A DNA stretch of 52,419 bases from Limosilactobacillus gorillae (GCA_963653155.1 CAVJWR010000002.1:1-52419), one strand, 5' to 3'; positions 34,468 to 43,504 are shown, counted from the first letter of the stretch. The notes: generated from the sequence alone by a model not told the origin. Program-made: numbers and translations.

Positions 34468-35289
34468 TCACATCGCCTCCACTTCTGCCTTGGCCTTCAG
34501 GTACAGATCCTCGACGAGTCCGCCGTAATGCCACTTGTAGTCGTTCTCCATGAACGAGACTCCCTTGCCCTTCACTGTGCGAAAGATGACGGCGCTCGGC
34601 TTGCCCGCCTCTAGCGGCAGGTTCGCGAGAGCCGTCTCGATCGCCTGCGGATCGTGTCCATCGGCCTCGATCGCCTTCCAGCCGAACGCCTCAAGCTTCG
34701 GCCCGAGCGGTTCCAAATCAATGATGTCCTTTGAGTTTCCGAGCGCCTGCAGGCGGTTGTAGTCGACGAGCATCGTCAGGTTGTCGTAATGATGCTGTCC
34801 CGCGAGCATGATCGCCTCCCAGCTCGATCCCTCGTTGAGGTCGCCATCCGAGCTCATCACGAAGACACGATGCTTCGCGCCGTCGCGCTTCGCCGCCATC
34901 GCCATGCCGCACGCGACGGGCAGACCGTGGCCGAGGGAACCCGTCGAAAACTCGACGCCGGGTATGTGGTGCGAGATGTGTCCAGAGAGCTTGCCGTCGT
35001 CGCAGTAGTAGCGGTCAAGCCAGTCCAGCGGAAAGAATCCGCACTCCGCGAGACAGGCGAGCAACGCCGCGCCGCCGTGCCCCTTCGAGAGCAGGAAGCG
35101 GTCTCGTTCGGGCCACTTTGGATTCTTCGGATCGACCTTAAGTATCTTTCGGTAGAGAACCGGATAGATGTCGGCCGTCGAGAGCATCGAACCGATGTGG
35201 CCCGACTTTCCGTGAAACACCATCTTTAGCGTGTGGAGGCGTATCCGCTTGGCGAGCGCCTTCATCTCCGCGATTTCTTGAGCATTCAT
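34468..35289 (-). CDS. Transketolase, N-terminal (TPP-binding) subunit
   Basis: 273 aa with SGHIGSMLS, LSKGHGG and SSDGDLNEGSSWEA (the TPP/Mg site). There is a 1-nt gap to the C-terminal subunit gene. Confidence 0.93.
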   Translation of the reverse strand: MNAQEIAEMKALAKRIRLHTLKMVFHGKSGHIGSMLSTADIYPVLYRKILKVDPKNPKWPERDRFLLSKGHGGAALLACLAECGFFPLDWLDRYYCDDGKLSGHISHHIPGVEFSTGSLGHGLPVACGMAMAAKRDGAKHRVFVMSSDGDLNEGSSWEAIMLAGQHHYDNLTMLVDYNRLQALGNSKDIIDLEPLGPKLEAFGWKAIEADGHDPQAIETALANLPLEAGKPSAVIFRTVKGKGVSFMENDYKWHYGGLVEDLYLKAKAEVEAM

Positions 35290-35379
35290 GTTAGCCTATT
35301 TCCTTTCACGCCGCAAAGCATAGCACATGCATTCGGCATCAAAGTCGTCTCTGCGCGTTTATCTCGAACTTTATGCGCT

Positions 35380-35388
35380 ATTCTACCA
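35380..35388 (-). promoter_or_regulatory. Extended -10 box TGgTAGAAT for the transketolase-led operon
   Basis: The minus strand reads TGGTAGAAT, about 90 nt upstream of ATG 35289. It is divergent from the regulator promoter at 35437. Confidence 0.35.
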
Positions 35389-35436
35389 CAAACAGGCGCT
35401 TCCTGCGTCCATCTGCGAGCGCGGATGGTGTGAATG

Positions 35437-35445
35437 TGGTATAAT
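35437..35445 (+). promoter_or_regulatory. Extended -10 box TGgTATAAT exactly 7 nt upstream of the regulator ATG (leaderless arrangement)
   Basis: tgTGGTATAATgcgcggcATGaaacac. There is no room for an SD, and the predicted TSS coincides with the A of ATG 35453. Confidence 0.45.
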
Positions 35446-35452
35446 GCGCGGC

Positions 35453-36613
35453 ATGAAACACGTTCAGCCCGCCCACAAGGTTCTCGTCATGCTGTCGAAC
35501 GCCTCCGTGACGCACCGAGACCATCTCAGGGGAATTCTCGAATACGTCCGCGAAAACATCTTTCCGCCGTGGGACGTACAGCTCGGCCTGAGCGACATCG
35601 ACGAGGGCTATCCTCAAAGCCTTTCGCGTCAGGGCTACGACGGAATCATCGCCGCCGTCCACCGCGCAGACGACCGGCGGAAAGTATTCGCCTCCGGCAT
35701 CCCTGCCGTCCTCTTCGAGCCGACGCTCTTCTCGCCCGCCCGCCGTACACGCCCAGCGAACACGGTGACGTTCTTCAACGACCACGAGGCCGAGGGCCGC
35801 ACAGCCGCCGACTACTTTCTCGAACGCGGCTACCGAAGCTTCGCCTACGTGGGTACGGCAAGCCGGACGGCCTGGAGCGAGGCCCGCCGGAAAGGATTTG
35901 CATCGCGCCTGTCAAAAAGCGGTTTCGTGCCCATCGTCTACGCGCCACCGCCGCCAATCGAGCGCAAGGACTTCGCACGCGAGGCCAAGCGGCTTGTCGC
36001 CTGGCTGAAGGGGCTTGCCCCTCGCACCGCCGTCTTCGTCGCACATGACGAACGCGCACGAGAAGTCGTGCTGGCCGCCAAGCGCGCGCGACGGACGATT
36101 CCCGGCGATCTCGCCATCCTCGGCGTGGACGATGACGAACTCCTCTGCTCGACCGCTTCGCCGCCCCTTTCGTCCATCGCCGTCGATGCGCGTGAGACGG
36201 GCGCACGTTTCGCCTACGCGCTTGACGCACTGCTGAAGGGGCGCTTCCATGAGCCCATCGTCCGAACCTGCCACACGCAGGTCGTCACGCGCCGTTCGAC
36301 GGATGCCTTCTCGCTTGACGATCCCTTCCTCTCCCGTGCACTCTCGTATGCGGCGGCGAATCTCGCCACCCGTCCGCGCCTCGACGAACTCGCCGCCGCC
36401 GCGCACTGCTCAAAGCGCACACTCCAGCTTCGCGCACGCGCAATCCTCGGCCATTCGCTCAAGGATGAGATCACCGCACTGCAACTCCGCGAAGCGTGCC
36501 GTAGGCTCGCCACACGACACGCCGCCCCCGAAGAAATCGCACGGGAAACCGGCTTCTGTAACGCATCCCACCTCTACCGCCGGATGCGGGAGTGTCCGCC
36601 GTCAGTTCGCTGA
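35453..36613 (+). CDS. XylR-like AraC family transcriptional regulator (periplasmic-binding-protein-like sugar sensor + HTH_AraC)
   Basis: The N-terminal LacI/PBP-like fold (KVLVML...GYDGIIA...) and the C-terminal AraC HTH (..RLDELAAAAHCSKRTLQLR...ETGFCNASHLYRRM). The start was chosen from promoter geometry; an alternative ATG is at 35444. Confidence 0.8.
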   Translation: MKHVQPAHKVLVMLSNASVTHRDHLRGILEYVRENIFPPWDVQLGLSDIDEGYPQSLSRQGYDGIIAAVHRADDRRKVFASGIPAVLFEPTLFSPARRTRPANTVTFFNDHEAEGRTAADYFLERGYRSFAYVGTASRTAWSEARRKGFASRLSKSGFVPIVYAPPPPIERKDFAREAKRLVAWLKGLAPRTAVFVAHDERAREVVLAAKRARRTIPGDLAILGVDDDELLCSTASPPLSSIAVDARETGARFAYALDALLKGRFHEPIVRTCHTQVVTRRSTDAFSLDDPFLSRALSYAAANLATRPRLDELAAAAHCSKRTLQLRARAILGHSLKDEITALQLREACRRLATRHAAPEEIARETGFCNASHLYRRMRECPPSVR

Positions 36614-37464
36614 CCCTCCAGCCAAGCTATGGGAGGACGGCTACCGGGCATTGTGCAGGCGGCAGAGCCGGCCGCGACCGCACGGCGTGGATCGCGCGAG
36701 CAGCACCACTCGGCGAGAAGCGTGTCGCCGGCGGCCGTCGTATCGACGACATCGACCTGCGGAGCCGCGACGAACGTGCCATCGAACCACGCGCCCGCAC
36801 CGCCATCGGAGATGATGACGTGCGCACAGTGCGTGTGGAGGATTTCCGTCGCCCGAAGGAAGTCCTCCGGCGTCTTCGGCACGAAACCGACAAGCGGCTC
36901 GCACTCCTCGGCATTCGGCTTGATCAGGTCGGGACCCGCCGCGACACCCAACTCGAACGGCTTGCCGCTCGCGTCCAGAACGACCTCAAGACCCTTCGCC
37001 TTGAGAAGCTTCACGCAGTCGGCGTAGAACGAGGGCGCACAGCATCTCGGAAGCGATCCAGAGACAATCGCGACATCCGCCCCTTCCGCGCCGACGAGAA
37101 CGTCCGCCGCACTCACGTCCGGCACGTCCGCGAATGCCGTGCGGTTTACCTTGAAGGCACCGCCCGGCCACACGATCATCTCGTTGCGGCGCGTCGAGCC
37201 GGGAACGCGCAGGAAGCGGTCTTCGATGCCGTAGTACGCCAGCTCCCGTTCGAACGGGACGGCATTGTCCGCGCCAAGCAACCCGCCACACACGACCTTC
37301 TCGCCCCGGAGGGCGAGCCAACGTGCGACGTTGATTGCCTTGCCGCCGACGTTTTCCTCGTCCGTGACATCCTTGAAGATCTCGCCCGCACCCTTCGGCG
37401 CGTGCGGAAGCCGCACAAGCGCGTCAATCGCGGGACTCATGCACAGACAGAAGCATTTTTTCAT
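36574..37464 (-). CDS. PfkB-family 1-phosphofructokinase / tagatose-6-phosphate kinase-like hexose-phosphate kinase
   Basis: 296 aa with LCMSPAIDA...GGKAINVAR at the N-terminus and DTTAAGDT as the C-terminal ATP/anion-hole motif. Its 3' end overlaps the convergent regulator gene by 40 nt. Confidence 0.85.
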   Translation of the reverse strand: MKKCFCLCMSPAIDALVRLPHAPKGAGEIFKDVTDEENVGGKAINVARWLALRGEKVVCGGLLGADNAVPFERELAYYGIEDRFLRVPGSTRRNEMIVWPGGAFKVNRTAFADVPDVSAADVLVGAEGADVAIVSGSLPRCCAPSFYADCVKLLKAKGLEVVLDASGKPFELGVAAGPDLIKPNAEECEPLVGFVPKTPEDFLRATEILHTHCAHVIISDGGAGAWFDGTFVAAPQVDVVDTTAAGDTLLAEWCCSRDPRRAVAAGSAACTMPGSRPPIAWLEGQRTDGGHSRIRR

Positions 37465-38822
37465 TGGACGACCTCATAATTGTCAGACTTCGCCCGCCAG
37501 AGCGGCAGGAAGATCGCCATGCCGACGACAATCGTCACGGCAATCGCGCAAACGGGCAGACGCCAACCACCGGAAGACTGGGCGAGCGAGCCGCAGACCT
37601 TGCCGCTCACCGACACGCCGATGTACGAGAAGAGCGAGATGAATCCGATCGACGTGCCCGCGAATCGCTTGCCGCCGAGATTCGTCGCCGCCACGCCCGT
37701 CAGGGCCTGCGGCCCATAGAGAAGAAAGCCGAACGCGCACATCGCCGCGCCGGACGCGAAGCCGGCGGGCAGCGTCCAGAAGCCCAGCAGCGCAAGCGCG
37801 GCCAGCGCCATCATGAAGACGCACACGCGCGGGCTGCGCCCACCCGCCCAGCGATCCGTCGCCCAGCCGGCGAATAGCATGCCGGCGATGCCCGCGAACT
37901 CGAAGAGCATGATGACCGTACCCGTCTCGCCAGACGAAAGGCCCTTCGCCTCCTGAAGCATCGTCGGGCCCCAGTCCGCAACCAGCGCCCGTGCCGCATT
38001 GATCGCAAAGTTGCCGAGGCCCAGCAGCCAGATCGCCGGACTCAGGAAGACGGCCTGGAGAAGCGTCCGCCCACCCGCCCGTTCGGCGGTAGCCCTTGGC
38101 TCGCCTTCCGTCCCTGGGCAAGGGGGCAGCCCCTCTTCCTCCGGAGTTCCGGGGAGCCAGAGCCACATCACGACAAGTCCGAGAAAGCCGAGAATCGCCA
38201 TTGTCCAGAAGCACCACTTCCACATGCCGACACCCTGATTCGCCGCACCGATCACGCCAAGGCCCATGATCACGCCGCAGAGCTTGGCGACGAGTCCGCC
38301 GCCGATCGAGTGCGACGTGTTCCAGATGGACATCTTCGTCGCCAGTTCCTTTGGCGGAATCCAGAACGCGATCAGCTTCGCGCAGGGCGGAAAGCCCGTA
38401 CCCTGAAAGAACTGGTTGAGGACATATAGACCGCCGAGCACGACCGCGAGCGTCGCGACATCAGCCCCTTCGCACGGCTTGCCCGAAATGAGCGCGGCGA
38501 TCTGCGGCGCGAAGCCGAATGCCGCGTTCACCAGTACGCACATCGCCATGCCGAAGCAGAAGAAGCGACGCGCGTTCACGCGGTCGCCGATGAATCCGTT
38601 TACGAACTTCGAGACGCCGTAGACGAGACCACCCGCCATCAGGCAGTTGCCAAGCATCGATTTCGAGACGCCGAGATCCTGTTCGAGACCCGGCATCGCG
38701 AAAGAGAAGTTCTTCCGCATGAAGTAGAAGAGCGTATAGCCGACGATAGTCAGCCCTAGCATCCGCCACTGCCCACGGTGAAATGCGCAGTTGGTCTTCT
38801 CGTCCTCGAACAACCTTGCCAT
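37461..38822 (-). CDS. MFS transporter, organophosphate:Pi antiporter (OPA; UhpT/UhpC/GlpT-like) family
   Basis: The start is at MARLFEDEK (1 nt after the upstream stop). YFMRKNFSFAMPGL...GFIGDRVNARR are typical OPA N-terminal motifs, and there are about 12 TM segments. Confidence 0.85.
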   Translation of the reverse strand: MARLFEDEKTNCAFHRGQWRMLGLTIVGYTLFYFMRKNFSFAMPGLEQDLGVSKSMLGNCLMAGGLVYGVSKFVNGFIGDRVNARRFFCFGMAMCVLVNAAFGFAPQIAALISGKPCEGADVATLAVVLGGLYVLNQFFQGTGFPPCAKLIAFWIPPKELATKMSIWNTSHSIGGGLVAKLCGVIMGLGVIGAANQGVGMWKWCFWTMAILGFLGLVVMWLWLPGTPEEEGLPPCPGTEGEPRATAERAGGRTLLQAVFLSPAIWLLGLGNFAINAARALVADWGPTMLQEAKGLSSGETGTVIMLFEFAGIAGMLFAGWATDRWAGGRSPRVCVFMMALAALALLGFWTLPAGFASGAAMCAFGFLLYGPQALTGVAATNLGGKRFAGTSIGFISLFSYIGVSVSGKVCGSLAQSSGGWRLPVCAIAVTIVVGMAIFLPLWRAKSDNYEVVQ

Positions 38823-38823
38823 G

Positions 38824-40200
38824 TCATGACCCCAAACGAATGACCCGCTCCTTGACGAGTTCCTTCGGCTCGCCGATCTCGACCTTCGGCGCATGCGCAA
38901 GCAGATAGTCCTCGGCTTCCTTGCACCAGAGGCCGGCGTGCGCAGCGCAAATGCGGTCAAGCTCGGCATAGAACGGATCCGATTTGCCCCTCTCGGCGAA
39001 GTCGGCGATCGCGACCATCGGCAGGTTGACGTGCGTGTAGACGAGCCGCTTGCCGCCCGGAATCTTGAGCATGTTCATGGTCGCCTCAAAAGCAGAGTCG
39101 AGTCCGCCAACGTGCGTGATCATCACTTCGGGATGCAGATAGCCCTTGCCGATCCAGTCGACGGAATCAGCCATGTCCTTCACGTCGCCGCCCGAGTTCG
39201 CCACGCAGTGATGCATGAGGTAATGGACGTTGTAGAAGTTGAACGGCGCCATCAGATGCTGGTCCGTTGGACCCGCGAAGAAGTTGAGGCAACCGCCGAA
39301 ACCAAGAAGATCCGAACACTGCGTGATGAGCGTCGGCACGGCCGCCATCAGGAAGATGTCGTCATAGCCGCCACCAGTCGAGGTCGGGTTGTCCGCCCGC
39401 GCATCGTCCGCCAGATTGTAGGCCTTCAGCTCGCTCACCGGATCGGACAGATCCTTCGTGTTGCGGAAGTGGAGTTCCACGCCATTCACGGCGCCATCCG
39501 CCCGCCCGTTCGCATAGACGAGGCCGAATATCTTCGCCGCTCGCGCGAGGCGTACGTCATCGACGTCCGTGACGACGAGACGGCGCGGACGCTTCTCCGG
39601 CGAATGGCAGGCGATGTCGATGCATCCGAGTCCCATCGCGCCGCACCCGGCCATCAGCAGCATCGTGCCGCCGCCCACGATGCCGACCTCAAGGTCGTGC
39701 GAGCAGAAGGCGTTGTGGTAGTTCGTGCGGAACGCCGAGACGATGCAGCTGATCGGCTCGGCAAGCGAGCACTTGAAAAAGGCGTCGCCGTCATACGGCA
39801 GGAGGCACCCCATCTCCATCACGATGGACGGCAGGTACACGTGTGTCGTCTCGCCGCCAATCGTATGCCAGGCGTAACCGACAGTCTCAAGCTCATGTCC
39901 CGGAATGTTAAGGGAGGGCTGGAGGCCGACATGCTGGCCGACCCTGAACTGTCCCCGCCATTTCGTGCCTACTTCGCGGACGATGCCGGAGATCTCGTGT
40001 CCGAACATCGATGGCCGCGTCGCGATGTCGCGCGGTACGCGCTTGTGTCCAGTGCCGAGCGACACGCCCTTGTAGTCGCTCAGGCAAATCGTGTTAGTCA
40101 CGAGCTCGACGACAATGCCCTCGTCGCCCGCGCCTTCGAGTTCGATGTCCTCCAACCGCGCGTCGCCCGCGCCGTATAGCCGCCATGCTTTCGCTTTCAT
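38824..40200 (-). CDS. Zinc-dependent medium-chain dehydrogenase/reductase, long form; tentatively sorbose-1-phosphate-reductase-like
   Basis: The start is at MKAKAWRLYG (AAGGAG 8 nt upstream) with GHEISGIV zinc-site context and a Rossmann motif MAGCGAMGLG. It is unusually long (458 aa). The subfamily assignment is from memory and tentative. Confidence 0.75.
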   Translation of the reverse strand: MKAKAWRLYGAGDARLEDIELEGAGDEGIVVELVTNTICLSDYKGVSLGTGHKRVPRDIATRPSMFGHEISGIVREVGTKWRGQFRVGQHVGLQPSLNIPGHELETVGYAWHTIGGETTHVYLPSIVMEMGCLLPYDGDAFFKCSLAEPISCIVSAFRTNYHNAFCSHDLEVGIVGGGTMLLMAGCGAMGLGCIDIACHSPEKRPRRLVVTDVDDVRLARAAKIFGLVYANGRADGAVNGVELHFRNTKDLSDPVSELKAYNLADDARADNPTSTGGGYDDIFLMAAVPTLITQCSDLLGFGGCLNFFAGPTDQHLMAPFNFYNVHYLMHHCVANSGGDVKDMADSVDWIGKGYLHPEVMITHVGGLDSAFEATMNMLKIPGGKRLVYTHVNLPMVAIADFAERGKSDPFYAELDRICAAHAGLWCKEAEDYLLAHAPKVEIGEPKELVKERVIRLGS

Positions 40201-40227
40201 TAGCCTGTTCTCCTTTTGATGGCCCAT

Positions 40228-40236
40228 ATGATACCA
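40228..40236 (-). promoter_or_regulatory. Extended -10 box TGgTATCAT for the dehydrogenase/antiporter/kinase operon
   Basis: The minus strand reads TGGTATCAT, 27 nt upstream of ATG 40200, followed by AAAAGGAGAA. Confidence 0.35.
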
Positions 40237-40277
40237 TTCCGGCGTGAGAAAGGTCATTGTAAATTTTTCGCGCTTTC

Positions 40278-40307
40278 TTGCATTTTTCATCCGGCCTATG
40301 CTATACT
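40278..40307 (+). promoter_or_regulatory. Sigma70-type promoter TTGCAT-N18-TGcTATACT, 7 nt upstream of the regulator ATG (leaderless arrangement)
   Basis: cTTGCATttttcatccggcctaTGcTATACTttcagccATG. It has the same 7-nt geometry as the paralogous regulator at 35453. Confidence 0.5.
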
Positions 40308-40314
40308 TTCAGCC

Positions 40315-41376
40315 ATGCGAAAAGCCAAGGACGTTCTTGTCATCCTCTCGCCCGTGAGCCAACCACGGCTTGCGGGCATCGCACGCTACGCGAAGGAGTG
40401 TGGCTGGAACCTTATGGTGCAGGACCGCATACGGCACCCGATGCGCGGCTGGTCGCCGGACGGCGTACTTGCGACCGTACGCGCAGGTTCGCCAATCGTC
40501 GCCGAGGCGAGGCGGCTACGGGCGCGTGGCGTACCGCTCGTCGACCTGACCTGCGAAGTGCCGAACCTGCGAGTTACGCGCGTCACCAGCGACCACCGGG
40601 CCATCGGGCGTTTGGCCGCCGAACACTTCGATGCGCGGAACTTCCAGAACCGCGCCTGGTTCTCGAACGGCTGGAGTCCCGTGCACGCGCTCCGCTATGC
40701 GGGCTTCACCGAAACCTGTCCCGCCTTGAAATGGATCGGCACAGAACGGATCGAGAAGGCGCAGAAGCCACTCGCCGTGCTCGCCTACGATGAAACGGAT
40801 GCCGCCCTGCTCCTGCGCACGTGCCTCGCGCACGGCATCGCCGTGCCGGAGGAAGTCGCGATTCTCTCAATCGGCAACGATCCGCTTCTCTCGGAGATGC
40901 AGCCCGTCACGGTCTCGTCCATCGACCAGGATCTCGAACGCGGCGGATATGCGGCGGCCAATGCACTGGACAGACTGATGGCCGATCCGCACGGCGATTT
41001 CTCGGCGCATATCCAGCCAAAGGGAATCGTCGTCCGCCAGTCGACGGACGTGCTGGCCGTCGAGGACGAGGCCGTGCGCAGGGCTGTGCTATTCATTCGC
41101 GACAACCTTGCGAAGCCCCACGGAGCCGAACAGGTCGCCGCCGCCGTCGGGCTGACACGCTCGCAGATTGACAAGCGGTTCGCCGCCGCGCTCGGCCACT
41201 CGATCGGCGCGGAAATTCTCCGCCAGCGCATCGCCCGCATGAAGACGCTTCTCAAAGGCACCGACCTCCCGGCGGCCGATCTCGCGGAGGAAGCCGGTTT
41301 CTGCTCGCCCTCGCATCTCAACAACGTCTTCAAGCGCGCAACCGGCTTCACGCCACGCGCCTGGCGACGGCTTTAG
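40315..41376 (+). CDS. XylR-like AraC family transcriptional regulator (second paralogue)
   Basis: PBP-like N-domain (VLVILSP...GVLATV...GVPLVDL) and a C-terminal AraC HTH (VAAAVGLTRSQIDKRF...EAGFCSPSHLNNVFKR). It is divergent from the dehydrogenase operon. Confidence 0.8.
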   Translation: MRKAKDVLVILSPVSQPRLAGIARYAKECGWNLMVQDRIRHPMRGWSPDGVLATVRAGSPIVAEARRLRARGVPLVDLTCEVPNLRVTRVTSDHRAIGRLAAEHFDARNFQNRAWFSNGWSPVHALRYAGFTETCPALKWIGTERIEKAQKPLAVLAYDETDAALLLRTCLAHGIAVPEEVAILSIGNDPLLSEMQPVTVSSIDQDLERGGYAAANALDRLMADPHGDFSAHIQPKGIVVRQSTDVLAVEDEAVRRAVLFIRDNLAKPHGAEQVAAAVGLTRSQIDKRFAAALGHSIGAEILRQRIARMKTLLKGTDLPAADLAEEAGFCSPSHLNNVFKRATGFTPRAWRRL

Positions 41377-41418
41377 GCGAAAATAAGGAGGCTACGGCTT
41401 GCTACAGTCGTTGCCGAG

Positions 41419-43368
41419 TTATTCTGCGAAATGCACGTCACTTGGCATGCGCCAGTCTCCACGCGGAGAAAGGTTTATGCTTCCGACTTTTGGTCCGTCA
41501 GGCATACAGCTGCGTTTGAACTGCTGAGCATAGAACCGCCTGAAGAACTCATCTAACCATCGCCCTATCGTGGAAGGATCATAGATCCCGGAGAATGCGA
41601 TCTCTGCCAAACGGCGTATCTTTTCCTTCCCCGCCCCTCTTCGCAAGAAATTGTACAGGAAGAAATCATGCAGCTCATATGGCCCTACCTTTGCCTCCGT
41701 CTCCTGGGATATTGAGCCATCCGGATTCGCGGGCAGCAACTCAGGCGAAACTGGTGTTGCAAGTATGTCGATGAGCGCCTTGGAGGCCAATTGCGGATCT
41801 GTAGATGCGAATTTGCCATCACCTTTTGCAAGACGCGATTGGGCATACCATTCGACTATATACCTCACCAAGGTCTTCGGCACTCCGGAATTCACTCCAT
41901 ACATGCTCATGTGGTCGCCATTGTAGGTACACCACCCAAGAGCCAGTTCCGAAAGGTCGCCAGTCCCGATCACGATTCCATTGAGCTGATTGGCCAAGTC
42001 CATGAGCAAATACGTGCGACCTCGCGCCTGTGCATTCTCATACGTGACATCATGGATCGACTCGTCGTGATTGACGTCTTTCAGGTGCTGGCGAGCCATA
42101 GGCCCTATGCCTATCTCCCGAAGCGGCACACCAAGACCTTCGCAAAGGCGCTCGGCGTTAGATTTAGTCCGCACCGTAGTCCCAAATCCCGGCATGGTGA
42201 ACGCATGGACGCCGTCTCGCCTCAGTCCAAGCCGATCAAACGCCTCGACACACACGATGAGAGCAAGGGCACTGTCAAGGCCACCCGAAAGGCCAAGCAC
42301 AACATCCTTGCACCTGATCGCCTCAAGACGTGTCGCAAGTCCCGTAGACTGTATGGCCAGAATCTCCTCGCAACGCGCATCACGGTCGGCCCGCGCGTCC
42401 GGCACAAACGGATGCGGATCAACATGGCGCAGAAGCGCATCTGAAATCCAGTCCTCTTTTCCGCACGGCATCTGAACCCTGACCGTTCGCACATCGTCCA
42501 CAGTACGGGCGGCATTGCGAAACGCGTAGTTCGCCGACCGCTCGAAATTGAGAAATCCAACATCAACATCTGCAACAGTCATTTGAGCCTTGCGCTCAAA
42601 GCGCCGCCCTTCGGCGAGCAATGTGCCATTTTCGGCAATCATCGAATGTCCACCAAAAACAAGATCGGTAGTGGACTCGCCGACCCCGGCTCCGGCATAC
42701 ACATAGGCGGAAAGGCATCTAGCGGATTGTCCGAGGACGAGCGAACGACGATATTCCGTCTTGCCGACAAGCTCGTTCGAGGCACTGAGGTTCAGGATCA
42801 CGTTTGCCCCACGCAAGGAGAGTCGTGTGGAGGGCGGGTTCGCCGTCCACATGTCCTCACACAGCTCAACGCCGATGGCTGCACCGCCATCAAGGTCAAA
42901 CACGAGATCGTTGCCGAACGGCACCCGCATACCCGCCAACTCGATTTCGTCCTCCGTCGCCTCCAGTGCACTCGCGAACCAGCGCGACTCGTAGAACTCG
43001 TGCGTACTGGGCAGATAGGTCTTGGGCACAACGCCAACGAGGCGGCGTCCAGCGATCACGGCGGCACAGTTGAAGATGCGCCCACCCACGCGCACGGGGA
43101 GGCCGACTGCGACGAGGCCGTCACCGCAGTCCGGGATCAAGTCCGCGAGCGCCCGCTCAGCCGACTCAAGGAGATATGGCTGATAAAACAGATCCGCACA
43201 AGTATATCCAGTTAGGCACAATTCAGGAAACACGGCAACTTTGACGTTCCGCTCCGATGCCTCCCGCAGGACACTGCGTATGGCGGCAAGGTTTGCGCCG
43301 GCATCCGCCGGACGCACCACCGGCACAGCCGCCGCGACGCGCATGAACTCTATCTGACTACTTTTCAT
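41419..43368 (-). CDS. nadE: Glutamine-dependent NAD+ synthetase (nitrilase-like + NAD synthase domains)
   Basis: The N-terminal CN-hydrolase domain (VAVFPELCLTGYTCADLF; ELCEDMW) and the C-terminal ATP-PPase motif LGLSGGLDS. The start is probably MKSSQIEFMRVAAA (43368). Confidence 0.93.
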   Translation of the reverse strand: MKSSQIEFMRVAAAVPVVRPADAGANLAAIRSVLREASERNVKVAVFPELCLTGYTCADLFYQPYLLESAERALADLIPDCGDGLVAVGLPVRVGGRIFNCAAVIAGRRLVGVVPKTYLPSTHEFYESRWFASALEATEDEIELAGMRVPFGNDLVFDLDGGAAIGVELCEDMWTANPPSTRLSLRGANVILNLSASNELVGKTEYRRSLVLGQSARCLSAYVYAGAGVGESTTDLVFGGHSMIAENGTLLAEGRRFERKAQMTVADVDVGFLNFERSANYAFRNAARTVDDVRTVRVQMPCGKEDWISDALLRHVDPHPFVPDARADRDARCEEILAIQSTGLATRLEAIRCKDVVLGLSGGLDSALALIVCVEAFDRLGLRRDGVHAFTMPGFGTTVRTKSNAERLCEGLGVPLREIGIGPMARQHLKDVNHDESIHDVTYENAQARGRTYLLMDLANQLNGIVIGTGDLSELALGWCTYNGDHMSMYGVNSGVPKTLVRYIVEWYAQSRLAKGDGKFASTDPQLASKALIDILATPVSPELLPANPDGSISQETEAKVGPYELHDFFLYNFLRRGAGKEKIRRLAEIAFSGIYDPSTIGRWLDEFFRRFYAQQFKRSCMPDGPKVGSINLSPRGDWRMPSDVHFAE

Positions 43369-43428
43369 AAATGCATCACCAGCACTTCCCGTGCCAATCA
43401 AACCACATCGCAAAGCCGCATTGCCATT

Positions 43429-43471
43429 CCGCGACCGTGCCGAACACGTTTAGGGTCCGGCACGGTCGCGG
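43429..43471 (-). terminator. 14-bp perfect hairpin downstream of amtB
   Basis: ccgcgaccgtgccg-15 nt loop-cggcacggtcgcgg, about 35 nt after the amtB stop. There is no clear U-tract. Confidence 0.5.
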
Positions 43472-43504
43472 CAGGCTACAGCCATCAGTTCCGAAACGGC
43501 TACC

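Noticed and set aside
23249-41418. An integrative conjugative element or prophage between the two nadE 3' copies.
   Set aside because: No integrase, excisionase, relaxase, T4SS, capsid or terminase-like ORF is present in any frame that I could recognise. I therefore report it only as an att-like duplication around a metabolic block.
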